From Octopus vulgaris (taxonomy: Eukaryota), in NCBI GenBank assembly GCA_951406725.2, contig OX597815.1, positions 189,740,001 through 189,988,000 on the forward strand: a stretch of 248,000 bases of DNA, in the 5' to 3' direction. Under the pieces are notes generated by a model, which was not told the DNA's origin, searched no databases, and worked only from the letters and a program-made list of their open reading frames with translations. The position numbers were made by a program, and so were the translations under genes. This document shows positions 188,215 to 204,400 of this stretch, piece by piece (positions within the stretch are counted from its first letter, which is position 1; every line of letters starts with the position of its first letter).

Positions 188215-188680
188215 ACACCACCATCATCATCACCACCATCATCATCACCAACACTATCATCATCATCACCACCATCATCACCACCACCATCATCATCACC
188301 ATCATCATCATCACCACCATCATCATCACCACCATCATCATCGTCGTCGTCACCATCATCATCACCATCACCATCATCACCATTATCATCATCATCACCA
188401 CCATCATCATCATCACCACCATCATCACCACCACCATCACCACCACCATCATCACCATCACCATCATCATCACCACCATCATCATCATCACCACCATCAT
188501 CACCCCCACCACCATCATCATCACCATCATCACCACCATCATCATCATCACCACCATAATCACCATCATCGTAGTCATCATCATCATCACCATTATCATC
188601 ATCATCACCACCATAATCACCATCACCATCGTCGTCGTCATCATCATCATCACCATTATCATCATTGTCGTTTTATGTCT
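187990..188680. repeat. (CAT/CAC)n low-complexity tract
   Basis: Directly visible; similar tracts at 27440-28060, 71700-72180, 72970-73740, 193230-193640, 198010-198430, 207470-207965 and 242830-243080. Confidence 0.95.
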
Positions 188681-188989
188681 GCTTTCCATGCTTGTGTGGG
188701 CTGAATTGCTTGACTGACTGAATCTAACAAGCTGGAGGGTCACATCTTGATGAAATCTCTCAGCTTTCACATGGCTTCTGCAGCAGGTTACTCCTCCTAA
188801 TGCCAACCACTTTACAGAGTGCTTTATTTATTTATTCATTTACTTATCTTTTGGCACCATCTCAGTTGAGGTCACCTTGAAAGTCACAGGAGTCATCAGG
188901 ATCCCTCTTGACTGAGAGGCAGAACAGAAAATAGGAGATAGATTTATGTAAAGTGTTGAAAGGTATATGCGGGGGAGTAAAAAGAATAG

Positions 188990-189790
188990 CTTTATTTCTG
189001 TGGAAAAGATTCAATGCTACCCTGCATTATATATATAGGTGAGTGGCATGGATGGAGTGGTGCCAGAAAAAAGTGATAAAAATAGTGGTGACAAGATGCC
189101 AGAGCATATCCTCAAGGTACCATATCCAAGAAGGTAAATAGAGGAGAATGTGGAGAGAGAAAGGTCAGTCAGAATGGGTAACTGTTGCAAAAGTGAGTGA
189201 TAGGGTGGTGGGAGTGGTGGATTGAAATAGGGATGGAGGTCGTCAGAGATTGAGAAGCAGTGGGTGCAGTGAATAGTGAACAAGGAGAGGGGTGGTTGAT
189301 GGTAAATATGAGGGGGAGGATGATGGCAAGAAAGCAGTAGGGCGGCGAGCTGGCAGAATCATTAACACGCCAGGTGAAATGCTTAGCGGTATTTCGTCTG
189401 CCGCTACGTTCTCAGTTCAAATTCCACCGAGGTCGACTTTTCCTTTCATCCTTTCGGGGTCGATTAAATAACTACCAGTTACGCACTTGGGTCAATATAA
189501 TCGACTTAATCCATTTGTCTGTCCTTGTTTGTCCCTTCTGGGTTTAGCCCCTTGTGGGTAGTAAAGAAATAGGTACTATATCCAAGAAGGTAAATAGAGG
189601 AAAATGTGGAAAGAGAATGGTCAGTCAGAATGGGTAACCGTTTCAAAAGTGAGTGATAGGATGGTGGGAGTGGTGGATTGAAATAGGGATGGAGTTTGTC
189701 AAGCAGTGGGTACAGTTAAATAGTGAACAAGGATAGGAGTGGTTGATGGTAAATATGATGGGGAGGATGATAGCAAGAAAGCAGAACGGA
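188990..189790 (-). pseudogene. Penelope-like RT/EN linker remnant interrupted by a SINE
   Basis: YFNPPLPPPYHSLLQQLPILTDL...GYGTLRICS resembles the PLE linker; the segment is duplicated around the SINE. Confidence 0.5.
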
Positions 189791-192700
189791 TGTCAAAAGG
189801 TAAAGGCTCAGAAGATTCAAGACTATTGAAAAGGTTGCCAAGATGCAACAAAACTTTTAGGAAAATAAAAATAAAAAGTAAGTGGAAATTTTACTGTTGA
189901 GTGTGTTAAATTATAAGGCACAAAAAGAAAATGACTCTCCCCAGACACAACAGAATACTCATTCAAAGTTAAGCTGGAATGTTCATCAAATGTATTTTTT
190001 CACAAATGGGATTTCTGTGGTGACTACTGTTGTTTCCTACCACAGGCAGATGGCGTAGTGGTTAAGAGCGCGGGCTTCTAACTGCAAGATTTCGAGTTCG
190101 ATTCCAAGCAGTGACCTGAACAATGATAATAATAATAACATCGAAAAATACCTTAGGAATGAGAACCCAGGTTCAAAATTTCCCCAAGACACCTGAAGAA
190201 GGCTGGAGGGTATATATCAGCCAAAATGTTGTGTTAACAACAAACAAGATGAGGACAAAAAAATATCCATTGAATGTAAATAATAGAAATATTTCAATTC
190301 AGAGTAAAAATAGATTGGAGGAAATTTAGGTTGAAAGATTCTGAAATTAATGGAAGAATTTTAATGACTTAATAAGGCTGAAAATTCAAAACAATTAAAG
190401 AAAGATATTTTTATTTTTATTTTGGGGATGTAATTTACTGTAAAACAGATTCAGTGATCAAGAAAATTTAATCTGGTACAGTTTTACTGAGAAAGTTTAT
190501 TATTTAACCTTTAGCAATAACCTCTGTCCTTTTTTTTTTTTTTTTTTTTTTTTGCAGCTTCTTTTCCTGTTGTTACAAAAACCTATTGTTGTACTATACT
190601 TTAAACTTTCCTGTGCTACTTTATCTGTTTCATCAACCTTCTTCTGATTATTTCATTATAACCAAGCCAATAAAGGAGCTTCTGTGAAACTGCTTGGCAT
190701 GCTGGAAATGTGTTGTCTAGTTTAACACCAGTAAACTTCAATAAAGATCCCAGCACCAGTGTTGGGTTAACCATTAAACAAAATAAGAACAAGCTCAGGA
190801 CATCAAGTGAAGCAAAGCCTCACAAAAATAGTAAATGGTTTATGGCACAAAAGAAATCACTTTAAACTTGCTAAAATAATATTTAGGATGCCTTATTTCT
190901 ACTAGGTATAGAAGCAGGCGCAGGAGTGGCTGTGTGGTAAGTAGCTTGTTTACCAACCACATGGTTCCGGGTTCAGTCCCACTGCGTGGCACCTTGGGCA
191001 AGTGTCTTCTACTATAGCCTCGGGCCGACCAAAGCCTTGTGAGTGGATTTGGTAGACGGAAACTGAAAGAAGCCCATCGTATATATGTATATATATATAT
191101 ATATATGCGTGTATGTGTTTGTGTGTCTGTGTTTGTCCCCCTAGCATTGCTTGACAACCGATGCTGGTGTGTTTATGTCCCCGTTACTTAGCAGTAACGA
191201 GACCAATAGAATAAGTACTGGGCTTACAAAAAGAATAAGTCCTGGGGTCGAGTTGCTTGATTAAAGGTGGTGCTCCAGCATGGCCGCAGTCAAATGACTG
191301 AAACAAGTAAAAGAGTAAACAGATTTGTTACATAAGTTTAATTTTGAAAATCCTATCAAAGACTTTGCAATTAAAAAAACTAGAAAGCTTCAAATATATT
191401 TCGTTTTTGTATGTGGTTTGCAAGATTCTTTTTGTGAATTCGTGTGTTGAAGCATATTTTATTGTGTCTGGAGAGAGTCATTCTCTTTTAGTGCCTTATT
191501 AATTTAACACACTCACTGGTCTGATTTCCACTCCTTTACTTATTATTTTTTACTAACATTTTCATTACAACTTGCAACTTTTCAATAGTTTTCATTGATT
191601 CTGTCTGGATAGGATCAATGACTATTGAAAAGGTTGCAAGTCGAAATGAAAATGTTAGTAAAGAATAAGTAAATGAGTGGAAATCAGACCAGTGAGTGTG
191701 TTAAATTTTCAAATATAAATAAAGTGGAAGCATATACAAAAATAGAAGGTGGCACGATGGCAGAAACATTAGCATGCCGGGCGAAATGCTTGACGGTATT
191801 TTGTCTGTCTTTACGTTCTGAGTTCAAATTCTGCTGAGGTTGACTTTATCTTTCGTCCTTTCAAGGTCGATAAATTAAGTACCAGTTATGCACTGGAGTC
191901 GATGTAATCGACTTGATACCTTTGTCTGTCCTTGTTTGTCCCCTTTATGTTTAACCCCTTGTGGGCAATAAAGAAATAAGAAACATTAGCATGCTAGGTG
192001 AAATGCTTAGCCATATTTCGTCTGTCTTTACATTCTGAGTTCAAATTCCGCAAAGGTCGATTTTGCTTTTCATCCTTTCGAGGTCGATAAATTAAGTACC
192101 AGTTATGCACTGGAGTCGATGTAATCGACTTAATACCTTTGTCTGTCCTTGTTTGTCCCCTCAATGTTTAGCCCCTTGTGGGCAATAAAGAAATAAGTAT
192201 ACACAAAAATAAATTTTGTTTTCCATCTTATTGTTACATTTGTTTCATTTTTGAAAAGTAAGAATTTATTTTATGGTTTATTATTGTTTATATTTCAAAT
192301 TACATATATATTGGGGTACCAAAATCATTTAAGTGCTTAGGGCCTTTATGGGTCTTAAAATCCAAGCTTGAGTCCCAAAATAATTTGAGTGGAGTTCACT
192401 GTTACAATATCCAGAAAATAAATATCTCCCTCTGTGGGTGACTCGATATCCCTCTCTCCTTTTCCCACTTCATGAGACCCCTGAAAGATCTTACTTATTG
192501 CCCTTCCTTCTCTGATTAAATCATAAAAAAAGGAAGAATACATTAGATAATATGGTCCTAAATGTAATCTTGACAACTGGCATCCGTGCTAGTGGGGTAC
192601 AAAGAGCACCAAAAGAGCACCATATGAAGGTGATCGTTGCCAGAGCAGCCAACTGGCTCCATGCCAGTGGCACATAAAAGGGAAACATTCGAGTGTGATC

Positions 192701-195700
192701 GTTACCAGCGTTGCCTTACTGGCACCTGTGCTGATGGCAGGTGTAAAAAGATTCGAGTGAGGTCATTGCCAGTACCGCCTGACTGACCCCCGTGCCAGTG
192801 GCACGTAAAAAGCACCCACTACACTCTCGGAGTGGTTGGTGTTAGGAAGGGCATCCAGCTGTAGAAACTCTGCCAGATCAAGATTGAAGCCTGGTCCAGC
192901 CATCTGGTTCACTGGCCCTCAGTCAAAATCGTCCAACCCATGCTAGCATGGAAAGCGGACATTAAACGATGATGATGATGATGATGATGAAAATGGTTTA
193001 GATGATCCCAAATGCAATGGCATTGGTCATTCGTTGGTGTGATCGATTGAGGATGACCTGAAGCTAAGCAATAATGACTGTCTCATTCTAATTCACACAT
193101 CTTGAAAGTTTCACTATGTCTGACCTTTCTGTTTTTCTGCATTCAGAAAAAAAAATAATAATCTGTCATTATCAGTGATGACATTCAGAGAGAGAAACAC
193201 TGAAACAACGACTATTAATGACAAAAATGTCAGCTCATCATCACCACCACCACCACCACCACCACCATCATCATCATCACCACCACCACCATCACCGCCA
193301 CCACTGCATCATCATCATCACCGCCACCACTGCAACTACCACCATCACCACCACTACCACTGCCATCTTCATCATCACCGTCACCACCACCACCACCACC
193401 ATTTTCATCATCTTCAATGTCACCACCACCACCACCAGCATCATCACCGTCACCACCACCACCATCCTCATCATTGTCACCCCCATCATCATCACCGTCA
193501 CCATCACCACCATCATCACCACCGCCACCACCACCATCATCATCACCGTCACCACCACCACCACTCTTTATCATCATCATCTATAACATTATCCTCCTCA
193601 TCACCATCATTACCAGCATTGCTGCTGCTACAACCAATACCAACCTTCATCGCTTTTGTTGTGGTAGTTATTCTTATTGTTGTTTAATCTCATACCAACC
193701 ATAATCAGTGCTCAAAAACATGTGTCACAAAGTTATTGCTCATATATTTAATGTGACTAGGGCAGTGAGCTGGCAAAATTGTTAGTATGTCAGGCCAACA
193801 TGTCAGGTATTTTCATCTATCTTTATATTTTGAGTTCAAATTCTGCAGAGATTGAATTTACCATTCATCCTTTTGAGATCGATAAAATATGTACCAGTTG
193901 TGTACTGGGGTTGATGTAATTGACTTACCCACTCCACTGAAATTGCTGGCCTTGTGCCAAAAATTGAAATCAATATATTTTAATGTGGTGAGAATTAAAC
194001 TGATAACTACAAATAATTATACTTAATGAGTTAAAAAGAAATATTTGACAATGTTTAATGTTATTTTCGTTTCTCTGTCAAATACAGATGACATTTGATC
194101 TATTTCAGCTTATTAGGATCTCATCAGCAAAGTGTTGCCTTCAGTTTCAGAATAAATTAACTGACAATATACACTTGGAAATAAGTGTAAGAGAAAAATT
194201 ATTGACTACATAATAGAGAATTAATTAATCAGAAATCTAATTATGTATGTGAATATATATTTAGCCTAGAACTAAATTATTCTGGGAGATATAATCCCCA
194301 GAATGTGAGTTTGGCAATTAAAGTAAAATTATCTAAATATCAGAACTGTCTATTCTCTCTAAGGCTTATTGTCTTCAAATTATTTGCAAGTAAGACTAAA
194401 TATACCTATGTATTCTCATATGAGATTAATTAATATATAAGTTCTGTGCTGCGTTGCATAATTTAGTCCCAAATCTGGCCTCTCCAGAACCTTGGACTTC
194501 TTCCGCCAGCAGCATCTTCGAACATCAATGCAATAACCCCTTTCCATTCAGCAGATGTGAGGAAAATGTCATTGCTTTAATAATCAAATCAGTTTCTATG
194601 GTATGGAGGGCCATAGAAATTTTCCCATGTCATTCCAGCACAATAAAAATATACTGTTATTACATCAAAGCACCACATTTTCTCAATTATGCCATTTTGT
194701 TTAAAATACCAAAAATATCAAAAAAACTGAAAAGGACAGATAAATCAAAAAGATTCTAAATCTACTAAACATTATTCTATCTTCCATTTTGTTTCATTCC
194801 AAACATAAATTGAATCCTGAGGGAAATATTTTATAATACCACTGTGTTTATTATTTTATTGTGTTCTATTATTTTGCAAGAACACTAACATAATTTACAC
194901 AAAAACTCAAAATCTATCATATTCAATATCCTTTTGCATATAAACTTCAATTCACTCTTGGTTGTTTTCTGCATTTTTTGCTGTCTTTTTTAGGTGTTGT
195001 TTGTTTTTTTTTCATTAAATTCTTTTTTGCTGTTTCATTTTCTTATGCGTTCTGTTTTTATTCCTTGTAACAACACATCAACATAGAGAATAAATACCAA
195101 GATACTGTTACTATTCTGAAACCTCTCTATAATAAACATTCTGCAACTAAATGTTCATAGAATATATGACACACTATTGACAAAAGCTATACTTGAGTTA
195201 TAATAATATTATACAAAGAAGAATCTCTAAGTTTGAAATTTATTTATCAACTGATCAAACAAAACAGCAATTTCTAAAAATATTTTGTATCAATTTTTTT
195301 TTTTTTTATATTTGCTACAAGCAAATAAATCTATTACTTGGGAAAGCATTTCCCATTGTTGATTTATTTATTTTATCATTTCAATTTTTATTACAACAAA
195401 AAGGCTGTCCTTTTTATAACGTATATAAATTTTAGAGAGCGATCTGTTTACATGATTTACATTATTCTTCTTATAACATCAACAATCTGTGTTTGTATCT
195501 TAGAAATTTCAATAAATATCTTCTTTAATCTTCATCAGGTTCTTCCTGTTGAAATTTTTTGACACTGTCTCCCTTTCTCCTTCTGCATTTCTTTCTGTAT
195601 ATTTCTCTCTTTCTCTTTTACTCTTTCTCTTCACCCCTCTCTCTTCTACTCTCCCTCTCTCTCTTTCTTCCTCTCTTGTTTCACATACTTGTATCTTGTG

Positions 195701-197324
195701 ATGCATGCGTTCCTATCATTAGGAGTTTATATGGTGGAAAATGTACTTCGGAACAATAAATTACTGAAGGGCATTCACTCAATTTGAAGCAAAAGAGAAA
195801 CAAGAAGACCAGAATAACTGTCGACATTGTGTTTCAATACAAGGCTTTATTCAAAAGGGGTAGAACGATTTGCTGGGATTTTAATGTATGTGCATTCTTT
195901 GAGAGTGCCCTGACATATCAACCTGTTCCACCAATTAAAAATACATTTAACTTCATATATGTGTGTGTATGTGTGTGTTTGTTTATATATATACATATAG
196001 GTATAGATACAGATATATAGATTCATATATATATATATATATATATGCATGAATAGATCAAGATTGAAGCCTGGTGCAGCCATCTGGTTCGCCAGCCCTC
196101 AGTCAAATCATCCATCCCATGCTAGCATGGAAAGCAGACGTTAAACGATGATAATGATGTATATATGTATGTACATATGTGTGTGTAGATTTATAGAGAT
196201 ATATACATATACATACATATATATGTGTGCGCGTGTAAATATAGATAGGTATAGATGCAGACATATATATGATTTATACACAGAGAGGCAAGCCATTAAC
196301 AAGTTGCCTGACATACTAGAAAGAACAGTCAAAATGTCCAAACCACAGTTAAGTTTGGACTTTCTGACTGTTCTTTCTAGTATGTAAGGTGACCTGTTAA
196401 GGCTCACCTCTTTTGTGTTTAAATGTACACTAATTTTTATATGAAAAATATGTCTATTGACTTTGTATACATACTAAGCCACTGGTAGAAAAAATTTCTA
196501 TAATTTTTTCCTATCCTATAGAAATTTAAGAAATATATATATGTATATGTATACATTTGTATACATTTTCTTGACAGGCCCTTCTATATATTTTGTATTT
196601 TTATGCACATATATATTTTTTACCATTAGTGTTTATATATGTATTCCTTTTATATATTGAATATATATATACACACACATATACGATGGGCTTCTTTCAG
196701 TTTCCATCTACCAAATCCACTCACAAGGCTTTTGTCGGCCCGAGACCATAGTAGAAGACACTTGCCCAAGGTACCACACAGTGGGACTGAACTCAGAACC
196801 ATATTGCTGGTAAGCAAGCTACTTACCACACAGCCACTCCTATGCCTTAATTATAATTATGTTTTTCTTTAAAAAAATATAGACAGTGCTGAAGTCGAAC
196901 CCAAGGCCCTAGACAAGTATAACAGATACAATAGAAAATGTTCAAATCAGGCAGACTATGATTAACACATAAATATACAGGTTTAATTAGGATAAAATAA
197001 GAATTGTCCAATCTGAAACAGATATTGATATTTTAGAAATATAAAAATATAGAAATATTTAAAAAAATAGAAATATTAAAATATAGAAATATAAAAAATA
197101 TATGAATACTAATAGTATATATGGACATAGAGATGTATAGATATGTCAACATAATAATAACAGAATATAGATAAAAATAATAATGGAATATAGGAAAAAG
197201 ACGTTTTTAAAAATTCAAAATATAATATAGAGAAAATAACAGGCATTAAAGAGTTTTTGGTAACGTGGTAGAGGAAAATATAATGATTTGAACTTTTTCT
197301 ATTGTATATGTTACACTTATGTGT

Positions 197325-197370
<46 letters not shown>

Positions 197371-200300
197371 AGGCACAATGGCCCAGTGGTTAGGGCAGCG
197401 GACTCGTGGTGATAGGATCATGGTTTCAATTCTCAGACTGGGCGTTGTGAGTGTTTATTGAGTGAAAACACCTAAAGCTCCTTGAGGCTCCAGCAGGGGC
197501 TGGTGGCAAACCCTGCTGTACTCTTTCACCACAACTTTTTCTCATTCTGTCTTCCTGTTTCTGTTGTACCTGTATTTCAAAGGGCCAGCCTTATCACACC
197601 CTGTGTCATGCTGAATCTCTCACCAAAACTATGTTAAAGGTACACGTGTTTGTGGAGTGCTCAGCCACTTGCACATTAATTTCCCAAGTGGGCTGTTCTA
197701 TTGATTGGATCAGCTGGAACCCTCATTGTCATAACCGGTGGAGTGCCACGATAAATATATATCTATTTATATGTATGCCTGTGTGAGTGTGTATGTTATT
197801 CTCTCTCTCTCTTTATCATGACTTTATGTGGTTGTTGTAAATGAAAGTCACTCTCATACAAGTGGTCTACTTCTTTTCCAGCCTTCTAGGGAGACATGTT
197901 TCATCATGGGATGAAGGTTGGTGACAGGAAGGGCATCCAGCAGTATAAAATCAGCCTCAACAAATGCTGTCCAACCCATGCAAGCATGGAAAAGTGGATG
198001 TTAAAACAATGTTGATGATGAAGATGAAGATGATGATGATAATGACAATGATGATGATAATGATGACGATGGCACCGATGATGATGATGATGACAATGGT
198101 GATGACGGTGATGATGATGATGACAATGGTGATGACGACGATGATGATGATGATGGTAATGACAATGATGATGATGACAATGGTGATGACAATGGTGATG
198201 ACAACGACAACAAGGATGATGATGATAATGATGATGATGATGATGACAATGGTGATGACAACGATGATGATGATGATGACAATGGTGATGACAACGATGA
198301 CGAGGATGATGATGATAATGACGATGATGATGATGACAATGGTGATGACAACGATGATAATGACAATGGTGATGACAACGACGACGACGACGATGATGCT
198401 GATGATGACAACGACAAAAATGATAGTGAAATTTATTCATCGATTGCTATTCACAAGCAACTAAGTCCGTATTTACGAAAATATCAGGGCCTGATGCTAT
198501 TCTGTTCATCTAGCCAGAACATCTTCATGGCTGAACTATATATAACTGTTAATGGCTACCTTCTGTACACTTAGCATTAAGCATTCTATTTTACTTAACA
198601 CATGGATACAATACAATACCATACAATAGAATAACGTGTTTGTTGTTATAGATTCAACTTCTGTCTCAGGCACTGAAATAAGTTCTTAAATAAAGTCGAT
198701 CATTGAGTTTACTTTACTCTGTCTAATAAAGCAAGCAATTTAATGAGCTATGTTTAGTGTTGGCCTTAAATGCGTATCCAAAATGTTGAAAGCAATTCTG
198801 TGCTGAAACTAATGTTGAGTGTTCCCAATCAGCTAAAAGGCAATTTATTGATTTCTTAGAAAGTAATTCATAAAATCAGCATTGCTGAATATGATTTAAT
198901 GCTTCATTATTTATACTAGAACGTAAGTGTTATTCGTGCTATGAAATCCAGGAAGATGAATGGCTAAATCAACATTAGCAGAGTCTATGGGATCTAAGAC
199001 GATGAATGAATGGCTAAGATGACACTAGCGAAATCTATCAGATATAACGCCTTCCAAACTTTTCGTTACATGACTAGGTTCTGATGAGCCATAAAAACAA
199101 ATGAAATTATTGAAGACAATAATAATATAATAATGAGCTGATTGCATTCAGTGCTCAGGTACACAGTGACTCACCTGAAAAAGGTAAAAAAAATGGGGAC
199201 AGAAAACAGTAGTCAGTCCAGTAAATAAAGACAGTGATGAAGGCCATAAATGCATGCAGAGTATACAAACAATTTATCCCTATAAGGTTAATTCTCCAGG
199301 GCAACTGACTTGGTAAACACCCACAAAATTATTAACTATTGCACCAACAACCACCTTGAGCACTTTTTTGAGCTCTATGTGTCTAACACATGTGGGAATG
199401 CCTACAAAGTCAGAAAACAGCTCAGCTCCCATGACTTTCAGAAACATTTTTTTCAGACTCAGAGTTGCTGAAGCATAGAACAAACTACCTGCATCAGTTG
199501 TTAGCTGCTGAGGCATTGCATCATTTAAAACCTTCATACTTCCAGAAATTCACCAATACTACACCTGATATCCACCAGATGCCTTTTCGTGATGCTGATT
199601 CTTGCCTTTTTTTTTGCCTTTTTTTTTTTAATGTAATTGACTTAATCCCTTTGTTTGTCCTCTCTATGTTTAGCCCCTTGTGGGCAATAAAGAAATAAGA
199701 AGTATGCTTTTCTACCACATGGTACCAGGTTCAGTTCCACTGTGTGACACCTTAGGCAAGTGCCTTCTACTATAGCCTTGGGCTGACCAAAGCCTTGAGT
199801 GGATTTGGTAGATGGAAACTAAAAGAAGCCTGTCATATTTGGGTGTGTGGCAGGGAGGTTGTGTGTGGGGTGGGAGGTTGTGTGTGTGTGTGCATCTTTG
199901 TGTCTGTGTTTGTCCCCACTACTGCTTGGCAACCAGTGTTGGTGTGTTTATGTCCCTATAACTTAACAGTTCAGCAAAAAGAAGCCAATAAAATAAGTAC
200001 CAGACTTTAAAAAAAAAAAAGAACAGAAAAAATTCATTCGACTCAGAAAAAAAAAGATTCTTCAAGGTGGTGCCCCAGAATGGCCAGTCTAATGACCGAA
200101 AGAAGCAAAAGATAAAAGATGCCTGCAAAAGAAGTCTTGCACCATAAAGTAAGAAATAAAGGTTTGATTCCTATTAGAATCCTTTCCCTTCCATTAATTC
200201 AGTCAAGGCATGAACACCACAACATCATATTTTCCATTTGTATTAAATTAAAATCATGAAACTAGTTTTTTAAAAATGCATATGCAGGAGTGGCTCGGTG

Positions 200301-201209
200301 ATAAGTAGCTTGCTTACCAACCACATGGTTCCAGGTTCAGTCCCACTATGTGGCAATTTGGGCAAGTGTCTTCTACTATAGCCTCGGGCCAACCAAAGCC
200401 TTGTGAGTGGATTTGGTAAACGGAAACTGAAAGAACCCCGTCGTATATATGTGTGTCTGTGTTTGTCCTCCCCCCCCCAACATCGCTTGACAACCGATGC
200501 TGGTGTGTTTACATCTACATAACTTAGCAGTTTGGCAAAAGAGACCAATAGAATAAGTACTAGGCTTACAAAGAATAAGCCCCGGGGTCAATTTGCTCGA
200601 CTAAAGGCAGTGCTCCAGCATGACCACAGTCAAATGACTGAAACAAGTAAAAGAGTAAAAGAGTATGCTCCAAAGAAAATACTAATTAGTCAAACCTGTT
200701 AATTATCACGAAAATAGAAATTTACTTAAAAATTCTCTAACAGCAGCATATCTGAACAAAAGGGAAAACTTTAATAATTATCTGAAGTGCTGGCAGCAAA
200801 GATTTTTTAATATTCTGGAATTGTAGAATAAATATTCTAACCGTTCTGATTCCCTCTTGTGAGCTTTCTGTTTGTTTGCTCAAATTAAATTATTACTATC
200901 ATTTATAATTCTTTTGGCTTTTATTTCAATTCATATTGACTTTAAATGAACAATGCGTGTTTACCATTATGCCTAGTAGAAACGTTATACAACATGTTAT
201001 CTTTGAAAAATGCATTATAAAATATAAATAACATTGCTATTACAAACACACTCACACATATATATACACATATGTGTGTGTATACATATATACATATATA
201101 TATGTGTGTGTGTGTGTGTATATATATATATACAAATATAAATATATACCTATGCATAGTCTATATGTGAATATAAATATATACATATGTATGTATGTAT
201201 GTATATATA

Positions 201210-201247
<38 letters not shown>

Positions 201248-201360
201248 TGTCTATTTATGAATATAAATATATACATATGTATATGTATGTATATATATAT
201301 AATAATACATACATATGTATGTATATGTATATATATGCATATATATATATCCAACTATTT

Positions 201361-201405
<45 letters not shown>

Positions 201406-204400
201406 GCTACTGTTTTGAATAGTATATATATTTTAGTATATATTGTTTAATATTCCTGTGTATATATTTTGGTAGAAATCCAAGGCAAGTAATTAACACT
201501 GATGGTATAAATAGAGGGAAAACTTACTACTGTGAGATCCTATTACGTGATCGCATATAATACAAACTGATAATGAAGAAAATTGCAGTTGAATAGCTTC
201601 TCTATAATGATAGATTTGATGACGCAGAAGAAATGCAAGATATTTCATGAAAAAAATTATTTCTTCTTCAGAAATTTTTGCCAATATTCCAATTTTTTTT
201701 TTGCTGAATCTTTACAATTTTACAAATAAATGTGAATTTTTTTTTTTCCTGCTCAAAGTGAAAGGCACTGCAGCCTAAATTATAGAATGAAATACTAAAA
201801 GTTTATTCATTCTCAAATATAAGTAATTTGTCTGTTATTCCATACTTTTTCACTCCATGTGCTGTGACTATTGGTGTGATCAATTGCAGACATTTATACT
201901 CTTTTCTGAAGATTCATAATTTTTCAATAGATAGATACCTATTTCTTTACTACCCACAAGGGGCTAAACACAGAGAGGATAAACAAGGACAGACAAACGG
202001 ATTAAGTCGATTATATCGACCCCAGTGCATAACTGGTACTTATTTTATCGACCCTGAAAGGATGAAAGGCAAAGTCGACCTCGGTGGAATTTGAACTCAG
202101 AATGTAGCGGCAGACAAAATACTGCTAAGCATTTTACCCGGCATGCTAACAATTCTGCCATCACACCACCTTTTCAATAGATAGATACAACAGTGGTTTA
202201 CCATTACCGTCTGTCAGTCTATTTATATTTTTTCTGTAAGTTTTCTTTTCTGATAATAACCCTGAGCCATAGGACTAATTCAACCCTTAGGCAAGGAAAC
202301 AGTTTATGTGACATTAGGGCATGCCTACTTTCCAATGGGCCTCTGTGCCATATGTCTTGGAGCCATCTGTTCTCTGAGTTCTGTATCCCGTAACCACAGG
202401 GCCATCTGCTCTTTTATTCATAACTGGAATCCTTGATATGTACTACCACCACAGGTTAGGGAACACTTCGCAGCTATGGTGATTAACTCTAAAATTACCA
202501 AAACTCCTGGACTCTTGAAATACAGTTTCACTTCTGGATGCCATTTAATGGTTTGCTCAAGATTAATGATTAATACCTGAATGATATTACATTAAAGAAC
202601 TTTATTCCTGAGTTATAAAAATAAAAGCACCTTGCATATGTAAAGGTCTTTAATATGATGTGGTTGTGCACATGGGGCAATAATGTCTAAGCAAGACATT
202701 CTTTAATAGAAATTTCCACTTAACACTTTGGGGCTTACAGTAAATAAATAGAAACATTTCTGAGGTTTGTTACAAAAGAAAAGGGAAAATAATGACAAGG
202801 TTATTGAATTAAATAAAGCATATTTAAGGATATTAAAACTAGAGATAATATTTGATCTTATAAAGTAGAACAGGGCTAAGGTTTCATTGTTGTATATAGA
202901 AACAGAAAAACCAGAATGGATGTTCATGTTCCAAATATAAAAATCTGTTTAATTAATCAATATTAATATTTTTTGGCATTATGAGTTGGCAGAAATGATT
203001 GATTGTTAAATTAAATTCGACTTAGAGTATTATATTTTTGATAATTCAATGATGACCACATTGTTGGCTGTAGCAGTGTCTTGAGACAACACTAATTATA
203101 TAAGCTAATAAAGGAGTTTTCAATGTGGTATTTTGACCTGCTAGAAAAGGCAGCTACGTTGCCTCACACTCCACCTTTAAAAGTGGAAGGACACAATTTT
203201 ATGATATAATGCAATGTGGTAAAATAGAACTAAATTCATGGTCCCAGCAGACAAAATGAAAAAGGTGTTGCCCTGAGGATGGTGAGGGAGATGTACTGGA
203301 TCAACCTCTCTCACATTTGTTGATAGGATGATTATCCCAGATTTAGATGATTACCTTAGATACATTGTCTGAAAGTATGATAGGACAATCATAGCAAGAA
203401 TGGTTTGATTTGGGATTTACTCAGTCAAGTTTGCTAAAAGGCTAAACAAGAATTATCAATGAGTAACTAAGATAAGAATAGTTAGTGATGGTCACAACTG
203501 GCTACAACTATACTGAAAGTAAAACTGAAACATTTTGTTGTTATTGTTGCTTAGCTCCAAATTGGCTCTCATCAAAAATATTCCAACTGGTACCATAGCA
203601 AATTTTTAAAGCCATTAGTTAATCTATCTAGGACTATATCTTACACCATAACATTCTCTACATTTTTTAACATGCTAGCTGTGATCTGAGGGAGATTTGG
203701 CTGCTGTTTCTGTAGAGGCACTCTGTAAAATTGTTCATGAACAATTAGTAAAGAATTGGATCTGAGGTACCCATATGGCAGGTGATAAGGTGGCGAGCTG
203801 GCAGAAACGTTAGCGTACAGGGCGAAATGCTTTGCGGTATTTTGTCTGCCACTACATTCTGAGTTCAAATTCCACCGAGGTCGACTTTGCCTTTCATCCT
203901 TTCGGGGTCGATTAAATAAGTACCAGTTATGCACTGGGGTTGATATAATCGACTTAATCCACTTGTCTGTCCTTGTTTGTCTCCTCTGTGTTTAGCCCCT
204001 TGTGGGTAGTAAAGAAATAGGTATCCATATGGCAGGTGAACATTCTACCGTAAAACAATCTGACGCATGTATCATACTGCATTTTTGCTGTGCCAGGAGA
204101 GGAAGTAAAAATTATCCTTTTAATTATGTAAACATCGATCGAAAATAATTGTTCGAAAACAATTATTCAAAAAACATTTATTTGAATGAAAAATTGTATG
204201 AATGAAAATTATTCAGAAGAACAATTATACACAATGTTAATCATTCTAAATTTTTTATTTTATTTAAAGAAAAATGATAAAATTAAAAATCAAGTACACA
204301 AGTGATATTTATTTCGAATAACTGTTTATGAACAACTGTTTTTGAGCAATTTTATGATACGAAACATTTTTTCTGTCATATATATGAAAAAATCAGTGAT

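Noticed and set aside
187895-188806. 269-aa poly-His and 282-aa poly-Met/Val ORFs
   Set aside because: A CAT/CAC tract expanding from an RTE tail; open on both strands with no domain.
194454-194759. 101-aa ORF in unique sequence
   Set aside because: No motif and an atypical low-information C-terminal half; no support without homology or expression data.
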